Assembly (NCBI GenBank): GCA_963809485.1 | Contig: CAWEJX010000007.1 | Location: 320,001-384,000 of the forward strand | Source: an uncultured Acidobacteriota bacterium | GTDB lineage: Bacteria > Acidobacteriota > UBA6911 | Length of the DNA stretch: 64,000 bases | Direction: 5' to 3' | In this document: positions 54,066 through 64,000 of the stretch, piece by piece | Numbering within the stretch: the stretch's first letter is position 1 | How the letters are laid out: every line of letters begins with the position of its first letter | Notes under the pieces: model-generated | What the model saw: only the letters and a program-made list of their open reading frames with translations | Told to the model about the DNA's origin: nothing | Database searches by the model: none | Program-made: the position numbers and the translations under genes

Positions 54066-55716
54066 CCATCCACCTCTCGAAGATCTTCTGAAATCCAACC
54101 GAGAAGATATTACTGCAGAGAAAATACAGGTTCAAGCCGCTCGAAACATTGAAGAACATGACCGTGAACAGCGCCGGCATCACCGTCATGACCTTCGCCT
54201 GCGTCGGGTCCGTCCCCGGCGTCATGGGCGTCATCTTTTGCGAAATAAACATTGTGATGCCCATGATGACCGGGAGGACATAGTAGGGATCCTTGAGCGA
54301 CAAATCCTGAAGCCAGCCCATGAAAGGCGCCTGTCTCAGCTCTATGGAATTGGCCAGAAGCGAATAGAAGGCGAACAACAGCGGAAACTGCAGGACCAGA
54401 GGCAGACATCCCCCGAGCGGATTCACTTTGTGCTCCTTGTAGAGAGCCATGATCTCCTGGTTCATTTCCGCGCGCTTCGGATCCGTCTTCTTATAGCGGC
54501 GGTATTTCTCCTGGATAGCCTTGACCTTGGGCTGCACCGCCTGCATTTTCTTCATCGAAAGGATCTGCTTCACCCGGAAAGGAAACAGCAGCAGGGACAG
54601 GAGAAAGGTCAGGAGCATAATCGCGTAGCCATAATTGGGGATGTACTGGTACAGCCACCGGAGCGACGCCAGAAGGGGATAGACGAGGATGGCAAACATC
54701 CCGTAATCGATTACGCCCGTGATGTCGGCCGACTTTACCGCCTCCAGGTCCGACGGTTTTTTGGGGCCAAGGTAAAGCTGATAACGCATGGAGCCGTTTA
54801 CGGGAGTCGTGAGTCTGAGCAGGTCTCTGTCCACCTGTTTGCCGTCCAGCGCAATAGCTTTTACCGGCCGTCTCTGGATGTCAAAGTAAGGCAACGGCTG
54901 CGCGGGTATGGCTATCATGGAGAAATATTGCATGTCCAAACCGACCCAGCGTACGTCGCTCTCGATCTTTTTGACCTCCTTCTCATCCTTCGGAGGGCTT
55001 TCACGGCGGGCCTTGCCGGATCCGTAGTAGACCGCCTCAAGCTTCCTGCTGCTGCTCAGGTGCTCCTGCTCCGGTCCAATATCCTGCCCGAGAAGCCAGC
55101 GGCCCTCGAGCGCTTTGCCGCTCTTGTCGAAAGCTGCCGAAAGATTGACAAGGTACGTGTCCTTCTCAAAGCGATAGAGTTTTTCAATCCGGAGGTCGCC
55201 GCGTTTAAGGCTCATTGCAACCGTGACGGGAGGCGTAAGAGCGGCGCCGGTGTCCGCAGCGCCTTCAATGGAAACCTGATAAAGCTCATTGTTGGAGAGA
55301 GACGTTAGCGCCGCTTCCTCGAAGATCATGGAGCCGGGGTAAGATCTCGCCCCGTTATCATGGTTGGAAGCGATCATTTCGAAAATTCCATTTCTGGCAG
55401 ACTTGTATTTTTTCAGCTGCCAGCTGATCAGGACCGCGCCCCGGTTGTCTATGACGGCCCGGTACAAATCCCCTTCCACCGTAATCGTCCGGGCGGAAGC
55501 CTGGGTATCGTCACCGGACGGCGCCTGCAGTTGAGGCGCAACCTCAACCGGCGCTTGATTTTGTGTCGATGATCCCTGGTTCGGGCTGGAATTCTGGGAA
55601 TTCTGGACAGCAGGCAGTTTGGCCGGGGACGGCCCTCGACGCTGCTGCTCGAAGAATCGAAAGCCAATCAACACCAGCACTGCTAACGAAATAGCTAGAA
55701 TCGCACGTTTTTCCAT
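54004..55716 (-). CDS. yidC: Membrane protein insertase YidC
   Basis: LYLGPK, NYGYAIMLLT, NPLGGCLP, ELRQAPF, DPYYVLP and SGLNLYF. Confidence 0.96.
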   Translation of the reverse strand: MEKRAILAISLAVLVLIGFRFFEQQRRGPSPAKLPAVQNSQNSSPNQGSSTQNQAPVEVAPQLQAPSGDDTQASARTITVEGDLYRAVIDNRGAVLISWQLKKYKSARNGIFEMIASNHDNGARSYPGSMIFEEAALTSLSNNELYQVSIEGAADTGAALTPPVTVAMSLKRGDLRIEKLYRFEKDTYLVNLSAAFDKSGKALEGRWLLGQDIGPEQEHLSSSRKLEAVYYGSGKARRESPPKDEKEVKKIESDVRWVGLDMQYFSMIAIPAQPLPYFDIQRRPVKAIALDGKQVDRDLLRLTTPVNGSMRYQLYLGPKKPSDLEAVKSADITGVIDYGMFAILVYPLLASLRWLYQYIPNYGYAIMLLTFLLSLLLFPFRVKQILSMKKMQAVQPKVKAIQEKYRRYKKTDPKRAEMNQEIMALYKEHKVNPLGGCLPLVLQFPLLFAFYSLLANSIELRQAPFMGWLQDLSLKDPYYVLPVIMGITMFISQKMTPMTPGTDPTQAKVMTVMPALFTVMFFNVSSGLNLYFLCSNIFSVGFQKIFERWMGDGKSGDSAKLKEEVARGSR

Positions 55717-55857
55717 GAGTATTGCGGAGGCCGTGGCACCGACACGCCTCGACCGGTTAGAGAAAGCTAAATTAAAGAAATTAAAGGACAGGCATCCCTT
55801 AGGTCCAAGCGAGGCAAGGGAGCGACAGTTCCGTCAGGAAGATGCATTCATCTCCTT

Positions 55858-56127
55858 TTACGGAACGGGATCAATACCTCCTGCAGAAAAAGGGTGGCAT
55901 CTCAAAATCCGCTTCACCCCCAGGAAAATTCCCGCCAGAATCCCCTTTTTTTGGATTGCCTGGTACATGTAAACCGAACAGGTTGGCTCGAAACGGCACG
56001 CCCTGGGCAGCCAGGGCGAAACGAAGCGTTTGTAGCCCATTATGGCCAACAGCGCTATCTCCTTGATGGGACCAAAGATCCTTTGTGCCCGACAGAGTTC
56101 CATCCCGGTTTTACCCGACCGTAACAT
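55858..56127 (-). CDS. yidD: Membrane protein insertion efficiency factor YidD
   Basis: CRFEPTCSVY...RILRCHPFSAGGIDPVP. The exact start is uncertain. Confidence 0.93.
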   Translation of the reverse strand: MLRSGKTGMELCRAQRIFGPIKEIALLAIMGYKRFVSPWLPRACRFEPTCSVYMYQAIQKKGILAGIFLGVKRILRCHPFSAGGIDPVP

Positions 56128-56129
56128 CC

Positions 56130-56483
56130 TTATCGGCAGATCCTTTGCGCGGCAGCCAGGAACTCGAGCCGCAAATCATCGTATCGGGCCCCAACGCAAT
56201 CTGCCTTGACATTGACCACAATGTCGAGCTGCTTTGGTATTTCGCCGTATGATCTTCGAAATATCTCCCGGAACAGGCGTTTGATGCGGTTTCTTACAAC
56301 CGCTCCGCCCACTTTTCTGGATACGGTAATTCCCAGGCGATGACGTCCAAGTTCGTTCTCGCGGCCGAAAAGGACAAATCGCTCCGAATGTATCTTTCTT
56401 CCGGTTTTGTAAAGCTTCCGGTAGTCCGAAGCGCGCACAATTCGGACGGCATGCGGAAATCCCTCAGAGGTCTCCTTAGCCAC
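56130..56483 (-). CDS. rnpA: Ribonuclease P protein component
   Basis: [28 protein letters not shown]. Confidence 0.95.
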   Translation of the reverse strand: MAKETSEGFPHAVRIVRASDYRKLYKTGRKIHSERFVLFGRENELGRHRLGITVSRKVGGAVVRNRIKRLFREIFRRSYGEIPKQLDIVVNVKADCVGARYDDLRLEFLAAAQRICR

Positions 56484-56616
56484 TCACCGTCAGCCTTTTA
56501 CGCCCTTTGGCGCGTCTGCGCTTAAGCACCAGCCGGCCGCTTTTGCTCGACATCCGCTCCCGGAAGCCGTGCGTCTTTTTTCGCTTGCTGTTGTTGGGTT
56601 GGAACGTCCTTTTCAT
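56476..56616 (-). CDS. rpmH: 50S ribosomal protein L34 (missing from the ORF track)
   Basis: Translated by hand: [46 protein letters not shown]. Confidence 0.97.
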   Translation of the reverse strand: MKRTFQPNNSKRKKTHGFRERMSSKSGRLVLKRRRAKGRKRLTVSG

Positions 56617-56745
56617 ATTGCCACTATCTCCAGAAAGCCGCTTTCAGCCTGAATATCAAAAACACAAATCATAGAAAGAGCCGCCGCAAAATGCAAGCTT
56701 AACCCGCACTTTCATATAATTCATATATTTGGATGCCACGCCCGG

Positions 56746-57444
56746 TCATCGGTCCGGTTCTCCGCCCCAGAAGGCATCGCCCCGGTCGCGCAAATTATCC
56801 AGAGAATTCTGGATCTGCCTCTCCGCGAGCCGCATATCCTCTTCAGTCGCGTCTTCCGGAACATAAACAGGAGACCCGATCGAAACCAGGACTTTCGAAA
56901 AAGGTTTGGGCACCATGAAATGGTCCCAGCTGCGCATCACCCATTTCCTCTCGACCGAAATGCCAAAGGGCACCACGGGATTTCCGCTTTTCGACGCAAC
57001 AAAGGCGGCTCCGGGCTTGGCGACATACCGGGGACCGCGGGGCCCGTCCATGGCAAAGCCCACATCCCTTTTCGCTTTCAGGGCCCGGAGGATCTCAACC
57101 GTAGCCTGGCGGCTCCCCCGGGTACTGGATCCGCGCGCTACGCCGTAGCCGAAACGTTCAATAACCCGGGCAATATATTCGCCATCCCGGTTTTGGCTGA
57201 TCATTACGACGATGCCCCGCCGGCGAAAATAGTAAGTCGCCATAAATATGCGTCCGTGCCAGAACGCCAGGATCAGCCTTTTGCCTGCCGCGTGAACCGC
57301 TTCCAGGTACTGCCAGTCCCTGGCTTCCCAGCGCAGCGTTCTGCCGATCAAACGGATAACCCAATATCCCAGCCTGGAAATCAAACCGATCTTAATCCGT
57401 TCGATGAGTTTCAGTTCCCCGTCCTCGCCTTCAATTATTTGCAT
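56746..57444 (-). CDS. DUF374 / lysophospholipid acyltransferase family protein
   Basis: AFWHGR, ISQNRDGE, RGSSTRG, DGPRGP and SWDHFMVPKPF. Confidence 0.88.
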   Translation of the reverse strand: MQIIEGEDGELKLIERIKIGLISRLGYWVIRLIGRTLRWEARDWQYLEAVHAAGKRLILAFWHGRIFMATYYFRRRGIVVMISQNRDGEYIARVIERFGYGVARGSSTRGSRQATVEILRALKAKRDVGFAMDGPRGPRYVAKPGAAFVASKSGNPVVPFGISVERKWVMRSWDHFMVPKPFSKVLVSIGSPVYVPEDATEEDMRLAERQIQNSLDNLRDRGDAFWGGEPDR

Positions 57445-57610
57445 GGCCGGCATTTCTAAAAGCTTGCATGCTGCAGCAGTTAAGATGAGCGCACAGGTTC
57501 CCGGTTGCGGGCACCGCAATGCAGGTTGACATCTGCAACCTGGGGCCGGAACAGGATCGGTAGCGTCTCATTGGCTCTTGCACACCGATCGTTGCCTTAT
57601 TGACCGGCTT

Positions 57611-57707
57611 TTGTCAGCGTTTTGTCAGTGTATGTCGCCGTACAATGATCCTGGAACTGTCAAACTCCGTGAGTCCCCCGGCAGGGCTGAGGGATTACCG
57701 GTTTATT
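57611..57707 (+). mobile_element. Dispersed element family B copy
   Basis: Near-identical to 25856..25952. Confidence 0.65.
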
Positions 57708-57813
57708 CAGCATAAGGATGTCCGGACGGTTCCCCGCAGAGGCAGTTCCACAAAGCCATTCTCTCGATGTGTTCCCGGGCCCGCAGGCCGGAAGCGCTCT
57801 GCTTACTCGCGGT

Positions 57814-59916
57814 TTACGCCAATTTCGCCTTGACCCTCTGAGGAACCAAGGGAAGCCGGTTCATACGGATGCCCGTGGCGTCGAAAAGCGCATTGGCAAT
57901 CATGGCTCCCATGCCGACGATGGGGGGCTCCCCGCATCCCGACGGGGCAATTTCCGTATTATCAACCAGAACGGACTCTATAACAGGCACCCAGGAAAGA
58001 CGCGGTATCTGGTAGGAGCCGAAATCCAGGCTCTCGATGGCGCCGCCCTTGAAGTTTATCTCCTCGCTCAGGCAGTAGCCCAATCCCATCGTAATCGCTC
58101 CCTCGATCTGCATGCGCGCTCCCGCGGGATTGATAACCGGACCCATATCCTGCGCATGAACGATGCGTTCGACACGGATCCGGCCGCTGGACCTGTCGAC
58201 GTTGATTTGCGCCATCGCCGCAACATAGGTGCCCAGGTAGTCCAGGCATACCATTCCCTGGCCCCGCCCGCCGGACGCTTTGCCGGGCTTCCAGCCGAAC
58301 TTTCCGGCAGCCGCGTCAACCACGCGGATCATCCGCTTATCCGCAAGGTTGCGCAGCCGGAACTCCAGAGGATCCATCCCGGCTTTTGCCGCCATAGCAT
58401 CGATGTGGGATTCGCGGGCAAAGATATTGGTGTTGCTTCCCGGGCCGCGCCAGGCTCCGGTTCCGAAGGGATGAGGGCCCCCGCCGCCGAAGGAACTCCC
58501 GCGGGAAACCGTTTTCACATTGGGGACATCGTATATGTTTTGCGAGCTCCGTTCGCCCGCAAAAAAAACGTGATAATCCCAAAAGGTGATCCGGTTGGAG
58601 GCATTCAGCCCGGAGGCGATTTTCACCACGGCAGCAGGCTGGAAGGTGTCGTAGAAAAATTCCTCTTCACGCGTCCAGACGATTTGCACCGGGCGGCCCG
58701 TCATTTTTGAGAGCCGGGCAGCCTGCACAGCCTGTCCGACCTGGCTCTTTCCGCCGAAACCGCCGCCGACAAAAGGCGTGATGACCCTCACCTTGTCGGC
58801 CCCTAATCCTATAGCCCTGGCTATTTCCTCGTTGGCGCCGAAGGGCCTTTGGGTTCCCACCCAGACTGTTGCGCTGTCCTTTTGTACGTCCGCCACAGCG
58901 CTATGGGTCTCTGTTGCAGCGTGGGCGACATAGGGCGTGAAATAGGATTCATCAAAACGGAGCGCGGATATCCGGAAGCCTTCTTCCAGGTCGCCTTTCT
59001 GTTCGATGACGTTGTCCCTGGCGTCGGCGCCCAACAGCTGCCTGTAAATGCTTTCATTGTCAACCCTGGCCTCCGGCATTTCATAGACCGGCTTTAATAG
59101 CGCCAGCGCTCTTTCCGCCATATCGGGAAGAGGATGAACGACGCCGACAAAATCCCCTTCCTGAAAAACGCGCGCCTCCTTTACCTCCTTTGCGGCGTCG
59201 GCATGCACCTCCTTAAGCCTGGCGCCATGTGCCGGAGGCCTGAGAACTTTTCCGTAGAGCATACGAGGCAGGCGTATGTCTCCCGCAAACTGAGCTTTAC
59301 CCGTTACTTTATCCTCGAAGTCGGCACGCGGCAGAGATTTTCCGCATACGTTAAAAGCCGAAGGAGGCTTTAGGGATGGTTTTTGAGCGAGGTGCCGCTC
59401 AATCGTTTTCCCCTTGGCCAGCAACCCGTAGCCGACCTTCGTCCCGGGCGAAGTACGGTCGAAAACAACACCGTCCTTTGCAGCCAGCCGCTCCCGGGAG
59501 ATTTGCAGGCGCTCGGCGGCCAGCGCTATCAAAACCTCGCGCGCCTCGGCGCCTGCCGCCCTTAAGGCAGGGCCGAAGTATTTTATGCTGCGGGAGCCGT
59601 TGGTGCCGGCGTCCCAGGGGCACAGTTTCGTGTCGCCCATAACCATGCTCACCGATTCGTAGGGAACTTCAAGTTCCTCGGCAAGCATTTGAGCCAGCGA
59701 CGCAATGATTCCCTGTCCCATTTCAATCTTTCCGGAAAAGCATGTGACGCGCCCATCCTCGCCGATGCGCAGGTAGGCGTTAAAATCCTCAGGATACCCG
59801 CGCGCGCCCGGCTGTTGAGCAAAAATGAAGTCATTGGCTGAAAACAAAACATAAATTCCGGGGCCGAGAATCTTGATGAACTCCCTGCGATCCAGGGATC
59901 CGCCTGTTCCCGTCAT
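57814..59916 (-). CDS. Xanthine oxidase family molybdopterin subunit (IorB-like), Tat signal
   Basis: DRREFIK Tat motif, KIEMGQG, GGGFGGK, GAWRGPG and GCGEP. ATGA overlap with the small subunit. Confidence 0.9.
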   Translation of the reverse strand: MTGTGGSLDRREFIKILGPGIYVLFSANDFIFAQQPGARGYPEDFNAYLRIGEDGRVTCFSGKIEMGQGIIASLAQMLAEELEVPYESVSMVMGDTKLCPWDAGTNGSRSIKYFGPALRAAGAEAREVLIALAAERLQISRERLAAKDGVVFDRTSPGTKVGYGLLAKGKTIERHLAQKPSLKPPSAFNVCGKSLPRADFEDKVTGKAQFAGDIRLPRMLYGKVLRPPAHGARLKEVHADAAKEVKEARVFQEGDFVGVVHPLPDMAERALALLKPVYEMPEARVDNESIYRQLLGADARDNVIEQKGDLEEGFRISALRFDESYFTPYVAHAATETHSAVADVQKDSATVWVGTQRPFGANEEIARAIGLGADKVRVITPFVGGGFGGKSQVGQAVQAARLSKMTGRPVQIVWTREEEFFYDTFQPAAVVKIASGLNASNRITFWDYHVFFAGERSSQNIYDVPNVKTVSRGSSFGGGGPHPFGTGAWRGPGSNTNIFARESHIDAMAAKAGMDPLEFRLRNLADKRMIRVVDAAAGKFGWKPGKASGGRGQGMVCLDYLGTYVAAMAQINVDRSSGRIRVERIVHAQDMGPVINPAGARMQIEGAITMGLGYCLSEEINFKGGAIESLDFGSYQIPRLSWVPVIESVLVDNTEIAPSGCGEPPIVGMGAMIANALFDATGIRMNRLPLVPQRVKAKLA

Positions 59917-60395
59917 GATGCCCTCCCTCCTCTCATCTCGGCTCCGGCCGCCTGGACCGTCTCGACGATGCGGCTGTAGGAACTGCAGCGGCACAGATTC
60001 TGATCCAGGGCGCGGATGACATCCTCCCTGCCGGGATTTGCGTTCTTTTGCAGGAGACTGTAGCTCTTGAGGATCATTCCCGGAGTGCAGAAGCCGCACT
60101 GGACTGCCCCATGCTGCATGAAAGCTTTTTGCAGCGGATGCAGCTTCCCGTTTTCAGCCAGGCCCTCAATAGTAAGAACTTCCCTTCCCGTTACATTCTT
60201 GAGAGGGTACCGGCAGGACCGAACAGCTTCCCCGTTGATGATCACGGTGCATGCGCCGCAATGGCCTTGACCGCAACCGAACTTGGCGCCGGTGAGTCCC
60301 ATATCGGTGCGCAACACCCAGAGGAGTGCTCTTTCACCATCCGTTGTAATGCTAACAGGACGGCGGTTGAGCCTGAAACGAATGGTTTGTTCCAC
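59913..60395 (-). CDS. 2Fe-2S small subunit (IorA/CoxS-like)
   Basis: GAKFGCGQGHCGACTV, QCGFCTPG and NLCRC. Confidence 0.93.
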   Translation of the reverse strand: MEQTIRFRLNRRPVSITTDGERALLWVLRTDMGLTGAKFGCGQGHCGACTVIINGEAVRSCRYPLKNVTGREVLTIEGLAENGKLHPLQKAFMQHGAVQCGFCTPGMILKSYSLLQKNANPGREDVIRALDQNLCRCSSYSRIVETVQAAGAEMRGGRAS

Positions 60396-60536
60396 AGGCT
60401 TCCCTCCTTCCGTCGCGATGACGATTTTATGCAGAAATATAGGATCAGATTACGCCAAAACTCCCGGAAATGGGCATGAATTTACGGATTCGGCCATCGG
60501 CAAGGGAAACGGGCGCGTTCCGCATAAAACTCCGGG

Positions 60537-60572
60537 ACGCGGACGTACGCCGACAAATGCGCTGAGGCACGC
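60537..60572. repeat. Degenerate period-10 repeat tract
   Basis: ACGCGGACGT ACGCCGACAAAT GCGCTGAGGC ACGC. Confidence 0.45.
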
Positions 60573-60576
60573 AACA

Positions 60577-62307
60577 TTACATTTCGGGCTGACTGGCAAT
60601 GGACGCGCCTGCCATTAGATAGTCCTCGTTTAAACACGGGTCGGATCTGTCGGGATAGGTGACGCGGTTCGTGGGCGGCTGGCGCATAATGATGCCTTCC
60701 CTTTTGGTCCTGCGGGATTCCCTTACGGCAAGAATCCGTACAGCCACGGATTTCGCCCGTTCCAGGATGGGCATCGGGCCAAAGGCCTGATCATACAGCG
60801 CCATTGCCCTGCGGCATTTTTCAGCAGCAGCGGCGTTGGGTGCATATTTCAGCGCGCTGCTCAGGGCAGGGCGGAAGCGCAGGGTATTCCGCTTCATGGA
60901 ATCCAGCCGCATTTGCATGAACCTGTCAGGGAGGACGCGCCCGGCAGGGACATACTTAAGAACTGCCGGATCCCAGGCCATGCCGAGTTTTTCTCTTTCG
61001 GCGACCTCGGCCTTTAACCGCAGATATCCTTTCACGGCCGTGATCGCCATGTTCAGGACGCCGGGTCCATGCGCATGATATTTTTTTATAAAAGCATCGC
61101 GCAGGTAGCTGGCGGTTTCGGGAAGAGTGAAGTGGGGATGCCGGAACCAGATTTCGTCCTGCCCGTGCTTCTTCGGCCAGGGTATGTCCTGCACTATTTT
61201 CCCTTCAGCTTCATACTCCCGGTAGAGCCTTGTCCCGGGAGTCGGACCCAGTTCCATGAATTGAAGCAAATCCGACTCGAGCCCGATAGCCCAGTCAATG
61301 TCTTCATGGATAGTCTCTTTGTCATGGTGCTCCAGAAAAAGGATGGACGAGGCCAGCACCGAGATGCCGTGATTTTGCAGATCCGCTATCAGCTTGTGAA
61401 GGTCGATCCCCTGGGTTTTTTCAAACAGATTGGCTTTGGACTCAACCCCTACCCAGAGAAAATTGATCCCCAGCCGCAGGATAAATTCCGTGCCCAATTG
61501 GACGAGGGTTTCCGCCGAAGAAAATGTGCTGAAAGAGTAAGCCTTTTCGTGCTTCTCCATCTGCGCGAGCAGATCACGCGCTCTTTGAGGGTCTTTGCAG
61601 AAGTTTTCGTCCATGAGACCAAAATCCTGGACGCCCAGCTCTTCCTCCGTTTTCCGGCAGGCCGCAAAGATGTCCCGTCCGGTGCGAAGGAAGGGCGTGT
61701 ATTGCCGGTCAAATTTGTGGGAGGTGGCGCAGAAACGGCAGGAATTCTGGCAGCCCACTCCCGGGATAATGATGCCGGCTTTTCCCATAATGGGAGCGCC
61801 GTAGATGTACGCATTGATCGACGAGCGGACTGCCGGATGAATGATGGGACGCTCTGTCTTCTCGCCAAAATATCGCCGCAGCCAGGAGACTCCTTCGCCC
61901 GGACAGACTTCATCAAAATCCACAAGTTCGCGGAGTTCGGGTACGGCGACTCCGTGCCCTCCGAGGATGATTTTCGTGCGGGGCGAATGGCTTCGGATGT
62001 ATTGGGCCATGCGTCCGGCCTTAAGCACGTTGGGTGTTATGAAGGAGATTCCCACGTGAGTGTAGGTCCCGGTGTCAATTTCTCTGGTGAACTCGTTCCA
62101 GGATGGGAAATCCAGAACGGTTGTCGGCACCTGGATGTTCTCCGCCATCAAATAGAGAGCAAAACTTGGATTGTTGGAGCGCGGCGAGTGTATCCCCTGC
62201 TCGCGTGTGACCTGGTTGTTCAAAAGCTCCATCGTGCACAGCGGTTCCGCAGTCTCGTCTTTGATCCCGAACGGCTTGAAAACACCACACAGCAGCAATC
62301 TGGTCAT
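60577..62307 (-). CDS. B12-binding-like radical SAM protein
   Basis: HVGISFI...IILGGHG N-terminal domain, GCQNSCRFC, MDENF and GVES. Confidence 0.85.
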   Translation of the reverse strand: MTRLLLCGVFKPFGIKDETAEPLCTMELLNNQVTREQGIHSPRSNNPSFALYLMAENIQVPTTVLDFPSWNEFTREIDTGTYTHVGISFITPNVLKAGRMAQYIRSHSPRTKIILGGHGVAVPELRELVDFDEVCPGEGVSWLRRYFGEKTERPIIHPAVRSSINAYIYGAPIMGKAGIIIPGVGCQNSCRFCATSHKFDRQYTPFLRTGRDIFAACRKTEEELGVQDFGLMDENFCKDPQRARDLLAQMEKHEKAYSFSTFSSAETLVQLGTEFILRLGINFLWVGVESKANLFEKTQGIDLHKLIADLQNHGISVLASSILFLEHHDKETIHEDIDWAIGLESDLLQFMELGPTPGTRLYREYEAEGKIVQDIPWPKKHGQDEIWFRHPHFTLPETASYLRDAFIKKYHAHGPGVLNMAITAVKGYLRLKAEVAEREKLGMAWDPAVLKYVPAGRVLPDRFMQMRLDSMKRNTLRFRPALSSALKYAPNAAAAEKCRRAMALYDQAFGPMPILERAKSVAVRILAVRESRRTKREGIIMRQPPTNRVTYPDRSDPCLNEDYLMAGASIASQPEM

Positions 62308-62645
62308 CAGGAGATCCTCGTCAATATGCGCGACTTGTCCGACAGGCGTGGAACACAACGAGGCTAAAAGGAGGTTTCCAGGACTGCGAGGTCAGTCACA
62401 AAGACCCGCCAAACGGTACCCGAATCCGTCCGGGATGTAAAGCATATCCCGCGAGGCCGGCCTATATTCTTCACATATACACATCGGGTGGAGCTGCACG
62501 CCGGTGCATAAAAAAACCGAATATTTTGATGTAAAATTATAATTTTGAGACCCGTAATCTGCGACTCGCTGCCGCCCTGGCCATGCGCCGGTGTTCAGCC
62601 TTCACTCTTTGGCAATTTTTCCGGATTGTCCGGAGCCGTGTGCCG

Positions 62646-63473
62646 CTATATTCGCTTTGAAGATTGCTCAATCGCCTTGCACAGTTTCTCGATGCCCTTG
62701 GCGAGCGATTCGATAGAGGGTTCGCTATAGCTGTCGACAGACACGGTCGATGTCGAGGACTGGCTGTACATGTTCCTCAGCTGGCGGTCCAGATCCACGG
62801 CCATTTCGCGCAGTTTGTTCAGGGCCTCCGGACCGAGCGAGCTGAGATCCTCTTCCTTCTTGAAAAGGTTCTCATTTTTCCGGAGGTCGTAGTTGGCGAG
62901 GGTCTGGTTGCGCCGGATCTGTTTTGCGAGCTCCCGGATATGTTTGGACTTTTCCTGCAGCGCCAGCCTGTCGGCCGGTGATGCGGACGGATTCTGCGCG
63001 AGCATCCCCTCCAGCTCATCGATCGAGTCCAGCATATTCGAACTTAACCTTATAGGCTCACGCAAGGTCACCTTCAGCATATCCGGGGTGACCAGAGGCT
63101 CGAAGTTGCGATAAAAGCGATGGAAATAAAGAGGATTTATATTGTAATGGGTCCACAAATATGAGTAGTAATTGTTCCAGTTATAGTAAGTGGTGTAATT
63201 CTGGAATGAGGTCCCGCTGAGATTCGGCTGGTAGGCTCCTCCTCCTGCCACGCCTCCGCCACCGGCCGCATAGCCTCCGGGAGAAACTGCGGCACCTCCT
63301 GTCCCGGCAGAGACGGTCGCGGCGGGGCTGGCAGCCCTCGGAGCAGAGTCAACTCTGGGCCCCGTGGGCTCGCGAGCAGGTCCCCTTGGTCCCTCGCCAC
63401 CAATGGCCGGCAAGGGCAGCAGCAGCAAAACCACCAATAACGAAATGCCTGCACAAGCGGCAAAGTCTTTCAT
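62646..63473 (-). CDS. Secreted hypothetical protein (low-complexity linker, Tyr/Asn-rich segment, helical C-terminus)
   Basis: GAGGGG RBS, signal peptide and a coherent 275-aa ORF. Confidence 0.75.
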   Translation of the reverse strand: MKDFAACAGISLLVVLLLLPLPAIGGEGPRGPAREPTGPRVDSAPRAASPAATVSAGTGGAAVSPGGYAAGGGGVAGGGAYQPNLSGTSFQNYTTYYNWNNYYSYLWTHYNINPLYFHRFYRNFEPLVTPDMLKVTLREPIRLSSNMLDSIDELEGMLAQNPSASPADRLALQEKSKHIRELAKQIRRNQTLANYDLRKNENLFKKEEDLSSLGPEALNKLREMAVDLDRQLRNMYSQSSTSTVSVDSYSEPSIESLAKGIEKLCKAIEQSSKRI

Positions 63474-64000
63474 TGTTTACCCCCTCGTCCCGCAACAATA
63501 TGAAACATTTCATTATACCACATCGACGGAATCACTTCATAATTTCCTCTTTATTCAATTAGATGACGAGAAGATAGCGAAGGGTCATACGTTTTTAAAT
63601 GGAATGCCTTCCGAATAGCATGCCCCTATTCAAACCGCCGGCGGAAAGGATTTGGAGCTTCATTCATCAAGTTTCGCCCAATACAGTGACACTCGCCTCT
63701 TCGCAACCCCGGAGATGGATAGCCACGAATCAGAAGCCTGCAAGTAATTTACATAGATATCGAGGAACGGTGGACTTGGCCAATGGTTAAGCCGATTGCG
63801 ATTAATTCTGGTTCCTGGTCGCTTGCTTCTGACACACCTATATCCGGTCAATCCTCCGAATGTCACTCAAAAGTCACTATATTTTCCGGAACAACAATAC
63901 CCTTACCTCCCATCATTCAAGTGAACCGCTATACCTCTATCTCTCAGGTACTCCTTGACTTGCCTGACACTTAATATCCGAAAATGAAAGACCGAGGCTG

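Noticed and set aside
63474-64000. AT-richer non-coding end of the window as a possible oriC or ncRNA
   Set aside because: No DnaA boxes, tRNA fold or recognisable RNA motif. The short ORFs look spurious, and the context beyond the edge is not visible.

Overview
Mostly housekeeping bacterial chromosomal DNA, probably origin-proximal. Gene content suggests Acidobacteriota, but this is an inference. It holds the conserved block bactofilin-parB-parA-(2x parS)-rsmG-mnmG-mnmE-jag-yidC-yidD-rnpA-rpmH with no adjacent dnaA. Other genes include eno, hom, thiC, ettA, a PduO-type adenosyltransferase, a DksA/TraR protein, two divergent subtilases, two B12-binding radical SAM genes, an IorAB-like molybdoenzyme, a sigma54 two-component system with its own -24/-12 promoter, ABC components, and an effector-less STAND-like ATPase-wHTH-TPR protein. 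I found no rRNA, tRNA, CRISPR array, phage genes or transposase. The most unusual signal is non-coding. Two families of small dispersed elements carry IS200/IS605-like terminal hairpins (CCCCGGCAGAGCCGGGG-type) around periodic repeat cargo, and several overlap host stop codons. Free inverted periodic repeats of period 6, 7, 9 and 10 also occur in many intergenic gaps. Five genes carry short-indel frameshifts, most likely consensus or sequencing errors. All family assignments come from motif recognition by eye, not from database searches.
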